DNA of 64,000 nucleotides from Octopus sinensis (lineage: Eukaryota): contig NC_043017.1 of NCBI RefSeq assembly GCF_006345805.1, positions 10,974,001-11,038,000 of the forward strand. The letters are read 5' to 3'. Every line of letters begins with the position of its first letter. Within the stretch, counting starts at the first letter, position 1. The notes beneath the pieces were generated by a model. That model did no database searches, had not been told where the DNA came from, and saw only the letters and a program-made list of their open reading frames with translations. Below, piece after piece: positions 25,182 to 38,132 of the stretch. Position numbers and translations under genes: made by a program.

Positions 25182-25792
25182 GGATATATAATCATAATGT
25201 TCCCTTTTCCCGTGCTTGCATGGGTCAAACAGAATTCTTCCAGGAAGATTTTCTACAGCCAGATGACCTTTGTGTTGCTAATTCAGATAATATTTCCCCC
25301 ATGACCAGAACTGTTTTCATGGAAGATTAGAAATGATGGACTCTGCTTTATAAACTATCCCATGATGTCAAGACAAGTAGATACCTATTTCTTTATTACC
25401 CACAAGGGGACAAACAAGGACAGACATAGGTATTAAGTCGATTATATCGACCCCAGTGCGTAACTGGTACTTAATTTATCGACCCCTGAAAGGATGAAAG
25501 GCAAAGTCGACCTCGACGGAATTTGAACTCACAATGTAACAGCAGACGTTGTGATAAGTAGATACCAACACACACACACACACACACTTGTGCTGTGGAC
25601 ATGTGATTAGAATGTAGTGGTCTCAATCACTTATTCACCATGGAAACCAGGTGAGTGGCCTTTTGAGTCCTGCAACTCAAGAAGAGGAAAAAAAATGTGC
25701 TTGTTGCCTGCAGCTCAATGACTGACACAAGAACAAGACTGATGTTTTAGTGATTGGTGGTGAAATAAATTTTAAAAAGAATACAAACGTAC

Positions 25793-25857
25793 ATCTTTTG
25801 ATCTACAGATATCAAAGACTCCAGCCATCTTCATGAGGGGCTTGCTGGGTTTTTCAT
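25793..25857 (-). CDS. HMCES: HMCES exon DEKPSKPLMKMAGVFDICRSKD
   Basis: Acceptor tttcag, donor gtacgt. 65 nt, phase 1 to 0. MAGVFD matches SRAP MAGIFD. Not in the ORF track; found by reading the sequence. Confidence 0.93.
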
Positions 25858-26007
25858 CTGAAAAACAGAAAACAAAATTTTAATGTATGTGTGTATTACA
25901 TATACACACATACATTAAAATATACATTGCTGACAACATAAGAATCTAGAAACTTTGCAAAAATATGAAATAATTCTGTTTTGGAAAGAATGGGACATGA
26001 AGAACAT

Positions 26008-26220
26008 TTAGCCATAAAAACTACCGTATAAATATTGTGTCAAAAAAGCCCTTTTGGATGCAAAAAAAGTCAAAGGCTGCTGGTGAGACTTGAACCCATG
26101 TCTTCTGTAACCGTGACAGATGTTCTACCAGTAGATCAAAGCAACCCCTTTGAGTTTCTTTATTTGTATCCCTTTCAGAAACTTTATTCTTATCATTTTA
26201 ACATACGCATACAAGCCCAT

Positions 26221-26250
<30 letters not shown>
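26008..26250 (-). repeat. ~240-bp repeat with an internal tRNA-like module, copy B
   Basis: Duplicate of 24940-25180; tRNA-like segment at 26075-26146. Confidence 0.8.
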
Positions 26251-26251
<1 letters not shown>

Positions 26252-27172
26252 TGGTTTCTGTACCCGTGGCACATAAAAGGGGCACCATTCGAGCGTGATC
26301 GTTACCAACGTCGCTTCACTGGCACCTGTGTCGGTGGCACGTGTAAAAAGATCTGAGCGAGGTCATTGCCAGTACTGCCTGACTGGCCCTCGTGCAGGTG
26401 GCACTTAAAAAGCACCTACTACACTCTCAGAGTGGTTGGCGTTAGGAAGGGCATCCAGCTGTAGAAACTCTGCCAGATCAAGACTGGAGCCTGGTGCAGC
26501 CATCTGGTTGCCAGCCCTCAGTCAAAACCGTCCAACCCATGCTAGCATGGAAAACGGATGTTAAACGATGATGATGATGATATATATATATGGTTGTCTT
26601 TAGTTTTGTTATAGACATAACAGCTATTCAAGTGCTAGTACCATAAAAAAAAAGTTGCACCCGACACACTATAAAACAGTTGGTATTAAAAAGGGCATCC
26701 AGCCATAGAAACCAACCACCAATCCTAAAGGGAAATTCATAAGCAAGATGGAATCACCATATCTGTCTAGAACAGGAATGGCCCATTCAACTCTTGACAG
26801 CATAGCATGCAGACATTAAACAATGATGATGATGGCGATGATATATTATTTCTCAAAATGTAACAAGACTCTATTAAAGGGTTCAATAAACAAAAGTTTA
26901 ATGTGAGGGAGATAATTGAACATGATGTTGTGTCGACTGGCTAAAAATAATAATGCAATTCGTGGTATATACATCAAAATAAACATACATTCTATCAGTG
27001 AAGTAAATGTTTATTTTTAATGTATTTGACTTGAATTGTTTTTATTATTTCGTTAGTCTACACTGCATAGGATACACACACATATATAAGTATATGTAAA
27101 TTGCGCAAACAGGCATATATATAAACACACACACACATACTACACAAATGTACATACATACACATGATGCAC

Positions 27173-27237
<65 letters not shown>

Positions 27238-27378
27238 ATATATAAGTATATGTAAATTGTACATACATGCATATATATAAACACACACACACACATATAT
27301 ACAAATGTACACACATACACTTACGATACACATACATACATATATATATATATATTGTACATACATGCATATATATAA

Positions 27379-27411
<33 letters not shown>

Positions 27412-27867
27412 CACAAATGTACACACATACACACACAAACCACTTTGCTTATTTGTTTATGTCAGTAATGAATGGTAAGGCATCTCTTGCAGTGGAATTT
27501 ATCCAAACTTATAACATTAGCCATGTTAAATATGATTCCATGGCCTTGTGCCAATTCGAGAAACGTGCCTAACACAATGATGCATAAAACTAAATGCATC
27601 AATTACAATACCATCATCGTCATCATCTGACGTCTATTTCCCATACTTGCATGAGATGGATGCAGTTTGTTGAGACAGATTTTCTACGGCTGGATGCCCC
27701 ACCTGTTGCCAACCTTCCAGTCAAGGTAATATTTTCCCGTGGCTAGACAGGTTTTTCTCACAGAAATTTAGAAAAGCTCACTTGTATGACAACAATGCCT
27801 ATACATAACCATCATGTGATGTTAAGACAATAGTACACAAAAATCGCATGCACGTGCACGGCGCATA

Positions 27868-28070
27868 TACTCTTTTACTTGTTTCAGTCATTTGACTGCG
27901 GCCATGCTGGAGCACCGCCTTTAGTCGAGCAACTCGACCCCGGGACTTATTCTTTGTAAGCCCAGTACTTATTCTATCGGTCTCTTTTGCCGAACCGCTA
28001 AGTGACGGGGACATAAACACACCAGCATCGGTTGTCAAGCAATGCTAGGGGGACAAACACAGACACACAA

Positions 28071-28133
<63 letters not shown>

Positions 28134-28315
28134 ATATATATACATATATACGACGGGCTTCTTTCAGTTTCCGTCTACCAAATCCACTCACAAGGCTTTG
28201 GTCGACCCGGGGCTATAGTAGAAGACACTTGCCCAAGGTGCCACGCAGTGGGACTGAACCCGGAACCATGCGGTTGGTAAGCAAGCTACTTACCACACAG
28301 CCACTCCTGAGCCTA
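27868..28315 (-). mobile_element. SINE family B, full length
   Basis: Same head, CORE-like and tail motifs; expanded (TA)n interior. Confidence 0.85.
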
Positions 28316-28539
28316 TTATATATATATATATATATATGGCACGTAAAAAAGCACCCACTACACTCACAGAGTGGTTGGCGTTAGGAAGGGCATCCAGCTG
28401 TAGAAACATTGCCAGATCAGACTGGGCCTGATGCAGCCTTCTGGCTTCCCAGACCCAGTTGAACCGTCCAACCCATGCTGGCATGGAAAGCGGACGCTAA
28501 ATGATGATGATGATGATGATGATATATAAGCATGTGTGT

Positions 28540-28730
28540 GTGAGGCCAGTATGCTTTGCTGGATGTGCAAAGGCAGTGTGCATGTGCAACAGTGTAAGCA
28601 TCTTGGAGTGCAAGAGAGATGACTGCACTGGTATGGTCATGTGATGCATATAGATGAGGACAGCTGTGTAAGGAAGTGCTGATCTAGACCCAGGAAGACA
28701 TGGGACAAGGTGGTGAAGCATGATCATATA
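28540..28730 (+). mobile_element. Degraded RTE ORF fragment
   Basis: Reads LHWYGHVMHIDEDSCVRKC...RPRKTWDKVVKHD, matching RTE RLRWYGHV and GRPRKTW motifs, with stops and deletions. Confidence 0.7.
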
Positions 28731-30109
28731 TGGACAGCTTGTATATATGAGTGTGTGTGAGATATTACCACCTCTGCTTGACAACTGGTGTTGGTCTTTT
28801 TCTTTTACTTTCCTGTAACTTAGCAGTATGGCAAAAAGAGATTGATAGAATAAGCACCATACTTAAAAAGTCCCAACACGGCTACAATCCAATAACTAAA
28901 ACAAGTAAAAGATATAAAAGACAAATTAAGGGCACATTGGCTGCTATTTCTAGCAAGCATAACAACTGTACACTGGTTCATACAGCGACAGTTCCAATCC
29001 AGCAAACCTAAGATCAAAGGTATTCCAGCTAACTTGACCATTTGACCTTTCTGATATAATGACCTTCAGGGGCCAATAAGACCTGGTCACTAAACAACAG
29101 TTACTACTACTATTACTACTACTACTACATATCAGGGTGTTATATAATACTGAATATAGAATAGGAATTAAACATCAACAACAGATGTAATGGAATCAGA
29201 GTTCTGTGACCAGACTGCTGTTCTTGTATTCCCTCTGCTAAAAGACATCATACAATATTCATTTCAATCAATTGCTGTTAGTCTAATTATTCATTAGTCG
29301 AGGATCATCAAACTGATTGGTGCAGACACACTGTCAACATGACACGACCAGCAACTGATTGTCTGACACAGTCACACTGAATTATTTATTTAGTTCTGGT
29401 TTTTGTCACAGTTCCAATGGCTATATCATTATCATCATCGTCGTTTAACATCTTTCTTCCAATGCTGCCATGCTCTGACCAGCTTCACAAGAACTGTTGA
29501 GCCAGAAGAGTGTCTGCTTTAGAATGGTTTCTACGACAGGATGCTCTTCCTGATGCCAACCACTTCCATGGCACCAGCACTAGTGAGGTCACCAAGTAAC
29601 CTGCAAGACAATACTGCTCCCTCCTCAACTGAGACCGAGGTGGCTTTGTCCCAGATGATGAAAGCTTAGAGTAAAGTAGGACAGCATCAAGTATATATGA
29701 CCATTGCTTTGATGTCCAACTTTCCATGCTTGCATGGGTCAGATAGAGTCTGTCAAGTCAGATTTTCTACAGCCAGATGCCCTTCCTAATGCCAACCACT
29801 TTGAGAGTGTAGTGGGTGCTTTTTATGTGCCATGCGCACAGTAGCCATAAATATATATAAGTATATAAAATCACCATCATTTAATGTCTGTTGTCCATAC
29901 TGGCATGGGTTACAAGGTTCGACCATGACTGGTAAGCTAGAAGGCTGCACCAGACTCCAATCTGATTTCTCATGGTTTTCTACAGCTGAATGCCCTTCCT
30001 AAGGCCAACCACTCCAAAAGTGTAATGGGTGCTTTTACATGCCACTGGCATGTGTGCCATTTGCGTGACATCAGTATCTGCCACAACATAATGCCAAAGG
30101 CCTTGGTCA

Positions 30110-33089
30110 TTGTCTCCCTGAGGCCCAACACTCAAAACGAACTCAGCCACTTTGTCTCGCTGAGGCCCAACACTCAAAACGAACTCAGCCACTTTGTCTC
30201 GCTGAGGCCCAACACTCAAAACGAACTCAGCCACTTTGTCTCGCTGAGGCCCAACACTCAAAACGAACTCAGCCACTTTGTCTCGCTGAGGCCAACACTC
30301 AAAACGAACTCAGCCACTTTGTCTCGCTGAGGCCAACACTCAAAACGAACTCAGCCACTTTGTCTCGCTGAGGCCCAACACTCAAAACGAACTCAGCCAC
30401 TTTGTCTCGCTGAGGCCAACACTCAAAACGAACTCAGCCACTTTGTCTCGCTGAGGCCCAACACTCAAAACGAACTCAGCCACTTTGTCTCGCTGATGCC
30501 AAACACTCAAAACGAACTCAGCCACTTTGTCTCGCTGAGGCCCAACACTCAAAACGAACTCAGCCACTTTGTCTCGCTGAGGCCCAACACTCAAAACGAA
30601 CTCAGCCACTTTGCCTCCCTGAGGCTCAATGCTTGAAAGGAACTCAGCCACTTTGTCTCGCTGAGGCCCAACACTCAAAACGAACTCAGCCACTTTGTCT
30701 CGCTGAGGCCCAACACTCAAAACGAACTCAGCCACTTTGTCTCGCTGAGGCCCAACACTCAAAACGAACTCAGCCACTTTGTCTCGCTGATGCCAAACAC
30801 TCAAAAGGAACTCAGCCACTTTGTCTCGCTGAGGCCCAACACTCAAAACGAACTCAGCCACTTTGTCTCGCTGAGGCCCAACACTCAAAACGAACTCAGC
30901 CACTTTGTCTCGCTGAGGCCCAACACTCAAAACGAACTCAGCCACTTTGTCTCGCTGAGGCCCAACACTCAAAACGAACTCAGCCACTTTGTCTCGCTGA
31001 GGCCCAACACTCAAAACGAACTCAGCCACTTTGTCTCGCTGAGGCCCAACACTCAAAACGAACTCAGCCACTTGTCTCGCTGAGGCCCAACACTCAAAAC
31101 GAACTCAGCCACTTTGTCTCGCTGAGGCCCAACACTCAAAACGAACTCAGCCACTTTGTCTCGCTGAGGCCCAACACTCAAAACGAACTCAGCCACTTTG
31201 TCTCGCTGAGGCCCAACACTCAAAACGAACTCAGCCACTTTGTCTCGCTGAGGCCCAACACTCAAAACGAACTCAGCCACTTTGTCTCGCTGAGGCCCAA
31301 CACTCAAAACGAACTCAGCCACTTTGTCTCGCTGAGGCCCAACACTCAAAACGAACTCAGCCCTTTGTCTCGCTGAGGCCCAACACTCAAAACGAACTCA
31401 GCCACTTTGTCTCGCTGAGGCCCAACACTCAAAACGAACTCAGCCACTTTGTCTCGCTGAGGCCCAACACTCAAAACGAACTCAGCCACTTTGTCTCGCT
31501 GAGGCCCAACACTCAAAACGAACTCAGCCACTTTGTCTCGCTGAGGCCCAACACTCAAAACGAACTCAGCCACTTTGTCTCGCTGAGGCCCAACACTCAA
31601 AACGAACTCAGCCACTTTGTCTCGCTGAGGCCCAACACTCAAAACGAACTCAGCCACTTTGTCTCGCTGAGGCCCAACACTCAAAACGAACTCAGCCACT
31701 TTGTCTCGCTGAGGCCCAACACTCAAAACGAACTCAGCCACTTTGTCTCGCTGAGGCCCAACACTCAAAACGAACTCAGCCACTTTGTCTCGCTGAGGCC
31801 CAACACTCAAAACGAACTCAGCCACTTTGTCTCGCTGAGGCCCAACACTCAAAACGAACTCAGCCACTTTGTCTCCGTGATGCCAAACACTCAAAAGGAA
31901 CTCAGCCACTTTGTCTCGCTGAGGCCCAACACTCAAAACGAACTCAGCCACTTTGTCTCGCTGAGGCCCAACACTCAAAACGAACTCAGCCACTTTGTCT
32001 CGCTGAGGCCCAACACTCAAAACGAACTCAGCCACTTTGTCTCGCTGAGGCCCAACACTCAAAACGAACTCAGCCACTTTGTCTCGCTGAGGCCCAACAC
32101 TCAAAACCAACTCAGCCACTTTGTCTCGCTGAGGCCCAACACTCAAAACCAACTCAGCCACTTTGTCTCGCTGAGGCCCAACACTCAAAACGAACTCAGC
32201 CACTTTGTCTCGCTGAGGCCCAAAACTCAAAACGAACTCAGCCACTTTGTCTCGCTGAGGCCCAACACTCAAAAGGAACTCAGCCACTTGTCTCGCTGAG
32301 GCCCAACACTCAAAACGAACTCAGCCACTTTGTCTCGCTGAGGCCCAACACTCAAAACGAACTCAGCCACTTTGTCTCGCTGAGGCCCAACACTCAAAAG
32401 GAACTCAGCCACTTTGTCTCGCTGAGGCCCAACACTCAAAAGGAACTCAGCCACTTTGTCTCGCTGAGGCCCAACACTCAAAAGGAACTCAGCCACTTTG
32501 TCTCGCTGAGGCCCAACACTCAAAACGAACTCAGCCACTTTGTCTCGCTGAGGCCCAACACTCAAAACGAACTCAGCCACTTTGTCTCGCTGAGGCCCAA
32601 CACTCAAAACGAACTCAGCCACTTTGTCTCGCTGAGGCCCAACACTCAAAACGAACTCAGCCACTTTGTCTCGCTGAGGCCCAACACTCAAAACGAACTC
32701 AGCCACTTTGTCTCGCTGAGGCCCAACACTCAAAACGAACTCAGCCACTTTGTCTCGCTGAGGCCCAACACTCAAAACGAACTCAGCCACTTTGTCTCGC
32801 TGAGGCCCAACACTCAAAACGAACTCAGCCACTTTGTCTCGCTGAGGCCCAACACTCAAAACGAACTCAGCCACTTTGTCTCGCTGAGGCCCAACACTCA
32901 AAACGAACTCAGCCACTTTGTCTCGCTGAGGCCCAACACTCAAAACGAACTCAGCCACTTTGTCTCGCTGAGGCCCAACACTCAAAACGAACTCAGCCAC
33001 TTTGTCTCGCTGAGGCCCAACACTCAAAACGAACTCAGCCACTTTGCCTCCCTGAGGCTCAATGCTTGAAAGGAACTCAGCCACTTTGC
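30110..33089. repeat. 42-bp tandem satellite, about 70 copies, inside an HMCES intron
   Basis: Unit CTGAGGCCCAACACTCAAAACGAACTCAGCCACTTTGTCTCG repeated head to tail with few variants and no spacers. Confidence 0.98.
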
Positions 33090-33969
33090 TTCTGTAAAGT
33101 GGTTGGCATCAGGTAGGGCATTCAGCCGTAGAGACCAAGCTAAAACTGACACTAGAGTCTTGTACAACTCCCAGCCTTGCCAGATCCTGTCAAATCATCC
33201 AACTTATACCAGGATGGAAAACAGAGACAGACAGACAGGTAGATAGATATACTGTTTTATTAAATCCAAAAAAACTTCACAAACTGTTATTCAAGGTTTT
33301 AGGTGACCAGTTGTCAGACAGTTGTGATAAGAGTTGTGTGTGTGTGTGCGAATGCGCATGCATGTCTGTATATGTGTCTAGTAGAGTTATGTGTGTGTGT
33401 GTGTGTGCGCGCACACACACACACATATACTCTCTCTCAAAGTTGGCATTTATTTAAATCAATCAACACATTACTGGTTCTCATTCCATCAACCTTCAGC
33501 AGGATGAAAGACAAAGTTAATTAACCCTGGAGCAAGATGAGCCTAAACCACTTATGGAGAGGAAGAGAGAGAGGAACAGAGAGAGGGAGAGAGAGAGATA
33601 AACACTACAAGGTTTTTAGCCGTGGCATTCTGCAGTGTCTGCCAATTTGCCAACAACCTTCGATGATAGACTAATATTAAATACAGGTCAACTTTGACAA
33701 TAGTACAGATCCATGCAGTTCACCTCATTCAATTATAGAGGAATGCCGTTCCTGTCAAGTGGCAAACAACAAGACATGCTTATATTGCTATGAAACAGAA
33801 CATTTACATGGTTTGTCTTGTTTTAATTTCAGAGAAGAACAGAAGTATAATTAGGAATAAGTTAAGAAGTTTGCATGGTAACCTCTTGGTTTTGGGTCCA
33901 ATTTCTGTGGGCCTTTGGTACAAGGGTTTCCTACAATAGTCCTGAGCCAGCCAACACTCTCTCTTTTTT

Positions 33970-34350
33970 TACTCTTTTACTTGTTTCAGTCATTTTGACT
34001 GCGGCCATGCTGGAGCACTGCCTTTAGTCGAGCAAATCGACCCCGGGACTTATTCTTTGTAAGCCCAGTATTTATTCTATCGGTCTCTTTTGCCGAACCG
34101 CTAAATGACGGGGGACGTAAACACACCAGCATCGGTTGTCAAGCAATGCTAGGGGGACAGACACAGACACACAAATACATACATATATACGACAGGCTTC
34201 TTTCAGTTTCCGTCTACCAAATCCACTCACAAGGTATTGGTCGGCCCGGGGCTATAGTAGAAGACACTTGCCCAAGATGCCACGCAGTGGGACTGAACCC
34301 AGAACCATGTGGTTGGTTAGCAAGCTACTTACCACACAGCCACTCCTACG
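33970..34350 (-). mobile_element. SINE family B, full length
   Basis: Same diagnostic motifs as the other family B copies. Confidence 0.85.
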
Positions 34351-35489
34351 GAAACTGTGTGGAAACTTCTTAACCACACAGCCATGCCTGTAGTCTTCTC
34401 GATGATACAGCCAGGTTTATGACAGAGTGACTAAGTAAAAATGTGGAAGATTGTACATCATACAAAAAAGTCCATCATCATCATCAACATTATCATCGTT
34501 AACACTAAGTGACTGAGCAAATAGAAAAACAACAACCTTGATCTGATATAAAGAACTTTGTGAGGTCAAGGCTTTTCAACAAGCCATATGCATTAAATGT
34601 GTTGTTTTAACAAAATATACTTTCTCAAATATGTATTTTATTAAAGACATATATTACGCATATTTTTTAGAAATAACAGACTACAAAGTTAATTAATGAC
34701 TAAATTAATTGGTGCTATACAGTAACGCCATGTGCATATGTCTGCTGTGTAATTTATACTATTCTGTTGCTCCTCACTGCTTTCTGCACTGCCAGTCATC
34801 CCCTACTCTCCCCTAACTGTCTCCAACTCAAATACATCGCTGACCCCCTACACCTCTTACCAACCAATCACTACATTCATCACCTACTCTTCTCCACCTT
34901 CTCCCTACAGACACTTATCATCCTTCAACACTGGTTCTTCATTCATAATACTCATCTCCTCACCCCACCCCCGTTCCCCCATCACTAATCAAATGCAAAC
35001 TCTACCCATATATCCTCATAAACTTCTGTTCCCACTTACTTCTGGTCACCTCCATATCTTGATCCCTCACCCCCTCTATTATCATCTCTTTTCAGCCCTT
35101 GGCTGGTCACTCCTGCCCCCTCTTCTAGAATGTCGATAGCCATGCAGCTCCCTCTACAACAAGAAACCTCTTCTGTCCTGGCTCCTTTTCTCATACTTTA
35201 ACCAGTCACCCCACAACATAAAGCTGCTTCTCGCTCTCTTTCTTCCTATCGCTCTCTCCCTCTACTGTGTGGCCCCCTCATCCTGTAGGGGATCGTAGTC
35301 CTGCACGTTGCAGGACAACCTCACTAGTGCTGATGGCACAAAAATAAGCGCCTGGTTCACAATAATATGACTGGCAGTAGAAGAGGCATTCAGCCATAGA
35401 AACCATACCAAAGCAGACACTTGATGCAGCTTGATGTAGCCCTGAGACCCATTCGAGCTTGTCAAACCATTCAACTCATAAGCAGCATG

Positions 35490-35876
35490 GTGGAAGCACT
35501 CCGTCGGTTACGACGACGAGGGTTCCGGTTGATCCGAATCAACGGATCAGCCTGCTCGTGAAATTAACGTGTAAGCGGCTGAGCACTCCACAGACACGTG
35601 CACCCTTAACGTAGTTCTCGGGGATATTCAGCGTGACACAGAGAGTGACAAGGCCGGCCCCTTGAAATACAGGTACAACAGAAACAGGAAGTAAGAGTGA
35701 GAGAAAGTTGTGGTGAAAGAGTACAGCAGGGATCACCACCATCCCCTGCCGGAGCCTCGTGGAGCTTTTAGGTGTTTTCGCTCAATAAACACTCACAACG
35801 CCCGGTCTGGGAATCGAAACCGCGATCCTATGACCGCGAGTCCGCTGCCCTAACCACTGGGCCATTGCGCCTCCAA
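35490..35876 (-). mobile_element. tRNA-derived SINE family D
   Basis: Head GGAGGCGCAATGGCCCAGTGGTTAGGGCAGCGGACTCGCGGTC...GGTTTCGATTCCC with A and B boxes; related to 47283-47587 and 47839-48130. Confidence 0.8.
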
Positions 35877-35966
35877 GCAGCATGGACAATGGGCAGTAAA
35901 AGAAGATGATGATGGTGGTGGTGGTGGTGGTGGCGTTGATGATGAGGGTAGTGGCAGTGGTGGTGG

Positions 35967-35998
<32 letters not shown>

Positions 35999-36149
35999 TG
36001 TGTACAGTGCTCAGGTGCACTACAACTCATCTAAAGTGTATATATAATCAGGTGTAGTTTCGGCGGATTTCGGAAAGCATGAGGGCCTTAAAGGATAATG
36101 ATGATGTATGAAATAAATTCTGTCAAAACATGTCAAGTTATTTCTTTAC

Positions 36150-36358
36150 CAGAAACACTTTCTTTCGTTTCCTTCTCTGCATCATCTTCAGTTTTGATTT
36201 CAGTCTTGACTTCAGTTTTAACTTCACTTTTAATCATGGAGAGATCTTCCTTTTTCACGTCCTCTGCTTCCACTTTTATACTGGGTTTCACATCATGTGT
36301 TTGCTGTGTGATGAAGTAGGGCTGTTTCGTTTGGCCGCTCTTCTTCCATTCATAGTAT
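36150..36358 (-). CDS. HMCES: HMCES exon (G)YYEWKK...KQPYFI plus a Lys/Glu-rich insert
   Basis: Acceptor tttcag, donor gtaaag. GG+A completes Gly, then the YYEW (catalytic Glu) and KQPYFI motifs. 209 nt, phases agree with both neighbours. Confidence 0.95.
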
Positions 36359-36571
36359 CTGAAACAAACACAACACAAATATATGAATAGGTATATAAAT
36401 AGTTAGACGGATAGAGAAACACTTGATTGTTGTCCATACTAAAGAAGAATGACTGCAGATGGCCAAGTGGTTAGAGTGTTGTACTGGTAATTGCAAGATC
36501 ACACGGTTTCAATTACTGGACCAGGTGGTGCATTGTATTCTTGAGCAAAACACTTCATTTTACACTGCTTT

Positions 36572-36958
36572 AGGCGCAGGAGTGGCTGTGTGGTAAGTAG
36601 CTTGCTTACCAACCACATGGTTCCGGATTCAGTCCCACTACATGACATCTTGGGCAAGTGTCTTCTGCTATAGCCCTGGGCCGACCAAAGCCTTCTGAGT
36701 GGATTTGGTAGACGGAAACTGAAAGAAGCCTGTCGTATATATGTATATATATGTATGTGTGTGTGTGTTTGTGTGTTTGTGTGTCTGTGTTTGTCCCCCT
36801 AGCATTGTGTTTACATCCCCGTCACTTAGCGGTTCGGCAAAAGAGACCGATAGAATAAGTACTGGGCTTACAAAGAATAAGTCCCAGGGTCGATTTGCTC
36901 GACTAAAGGTGGTGCTCCAGCATGGCCACAGTCAAATGACTGAAACGAGTAAAAGAGT
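36572..36958 (+). mobile_element. SINE family B, full length
   Basis: AGGCGCAGGAGTGGCTGTGTGG head through AGTAAAAGAG tail. Confidence 0.85.
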
Positions 36959-37557
36959 ATGCCTGTAAATGCATAATCCTGCAATGGTCTGTCATATCAT
37001 CCAGGAGGAATGTTGTGGTCTCAATTGTTTATACACTATGAAAACGATGTTACCAGCCCCATAAGTCCTCAGACCTGGGACTGTAATGTCCAGGGATTGA
37101 TGACAATGATATTTAAGAAGAATGTTCTACAAGCCAGTCAAAGAAGGCTTGAAGGATGATACTTCTTTGAAATATTATGAGAAATGTTGAAACAGCAAGA
37201 ATTTGTGAAAATGAAAATAACATTATTTTTTTTTTAAATAAAAAACATTTTTTTTCAACAGATGTTAAAGAGTTTTCATAAATTGTATATGCCATATGTT
37301 AAAAAATTTATAATTAAATTATTAAACTGGAAGAAAATATAATTATTTTAAATTCCTTTCATGAATTTCACATCACTTTCTATAAGTAACATTACATTTT
37401 ATTCAATTCTTAGCCCTTCTGTTGTGAGATTTTTGTTGAAATATACTGATTTTGTTTCAATGAATTTTGAAAATAACAAAGAATTTGATAAAATAAACTT
37501 TATTGTGATTAATCTGGTGCTTGAAACATGAATTGATATTTTGATGCAAAGCTTTAA

Positions 37558-37778
37558 CCCTTTAGGGTTCACATTATTCTGCCAAAATTAATGCTTTTTA
37601 ATCCACTTTGTTTTGAACTAATCACGCATTATCTTGTAACTATGAGATTTTGATGAGGTAGCTGTTAATTTTTAAAACGATATTGTAGGGTTGGTGTGAG
37701 AGACCAGATCTGGCCAGTTTGAACATAAAACAGGCAGAATACTTTTGGCCGGATATGGCCAGTTTAAATGCTAAAGGG
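37558..37778 (+). mobile_element. piggyBac-like MITE
   Basis: TTAA|CCCTTTAG...CTAAAGGG|TTAA; homologous copy at 54457-54675. Confidence 0.85.
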
Positions 37779-38132
37779 TTAATATACTTTGTTCACTCTT
37801 AATCTTTTATTTCCAGTCTTCTGGGAAAACACTACCTTATTAGGAAACAGGTAAGGGTTGGTGACAGGAAGGGCTCCAGCTGTAAAAAAATCCACCTCAG
37901 CAAATGCTACCCAACCCATGCAAGCATAGAGACATTAACATGAAAATTAATGATCACACACACACATGGACCTAATTATCTATCTTAAAGCAATGAAGTG
38001 TTCCCTAAGGAGTGATTGTGGTTAAGCATCAAAATACAATGGGAATACTTATTGCAGGGGCTCCAAACAACCATAATGGTAAAACAAGCATAGAACACTT
38101 GCATGTTTGCCCATACTTTTCACATATACATA

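Noticed and set aside
30382-33084. Long ORFs on both strands (AEFVLSVGPQRDKV / ELSHFVSLRPNTQN repeats)
   Set aside because: A by-product of a 42-bp unit divisible by 3; broken by single-base indels, with no splice or start context.
30110-33089. CRISPR-like array of hairpin-containing repeats
   Set aside because: Units abut directly with no unique spacers, there are no cas genes, and the context is a eukaryotic intron.
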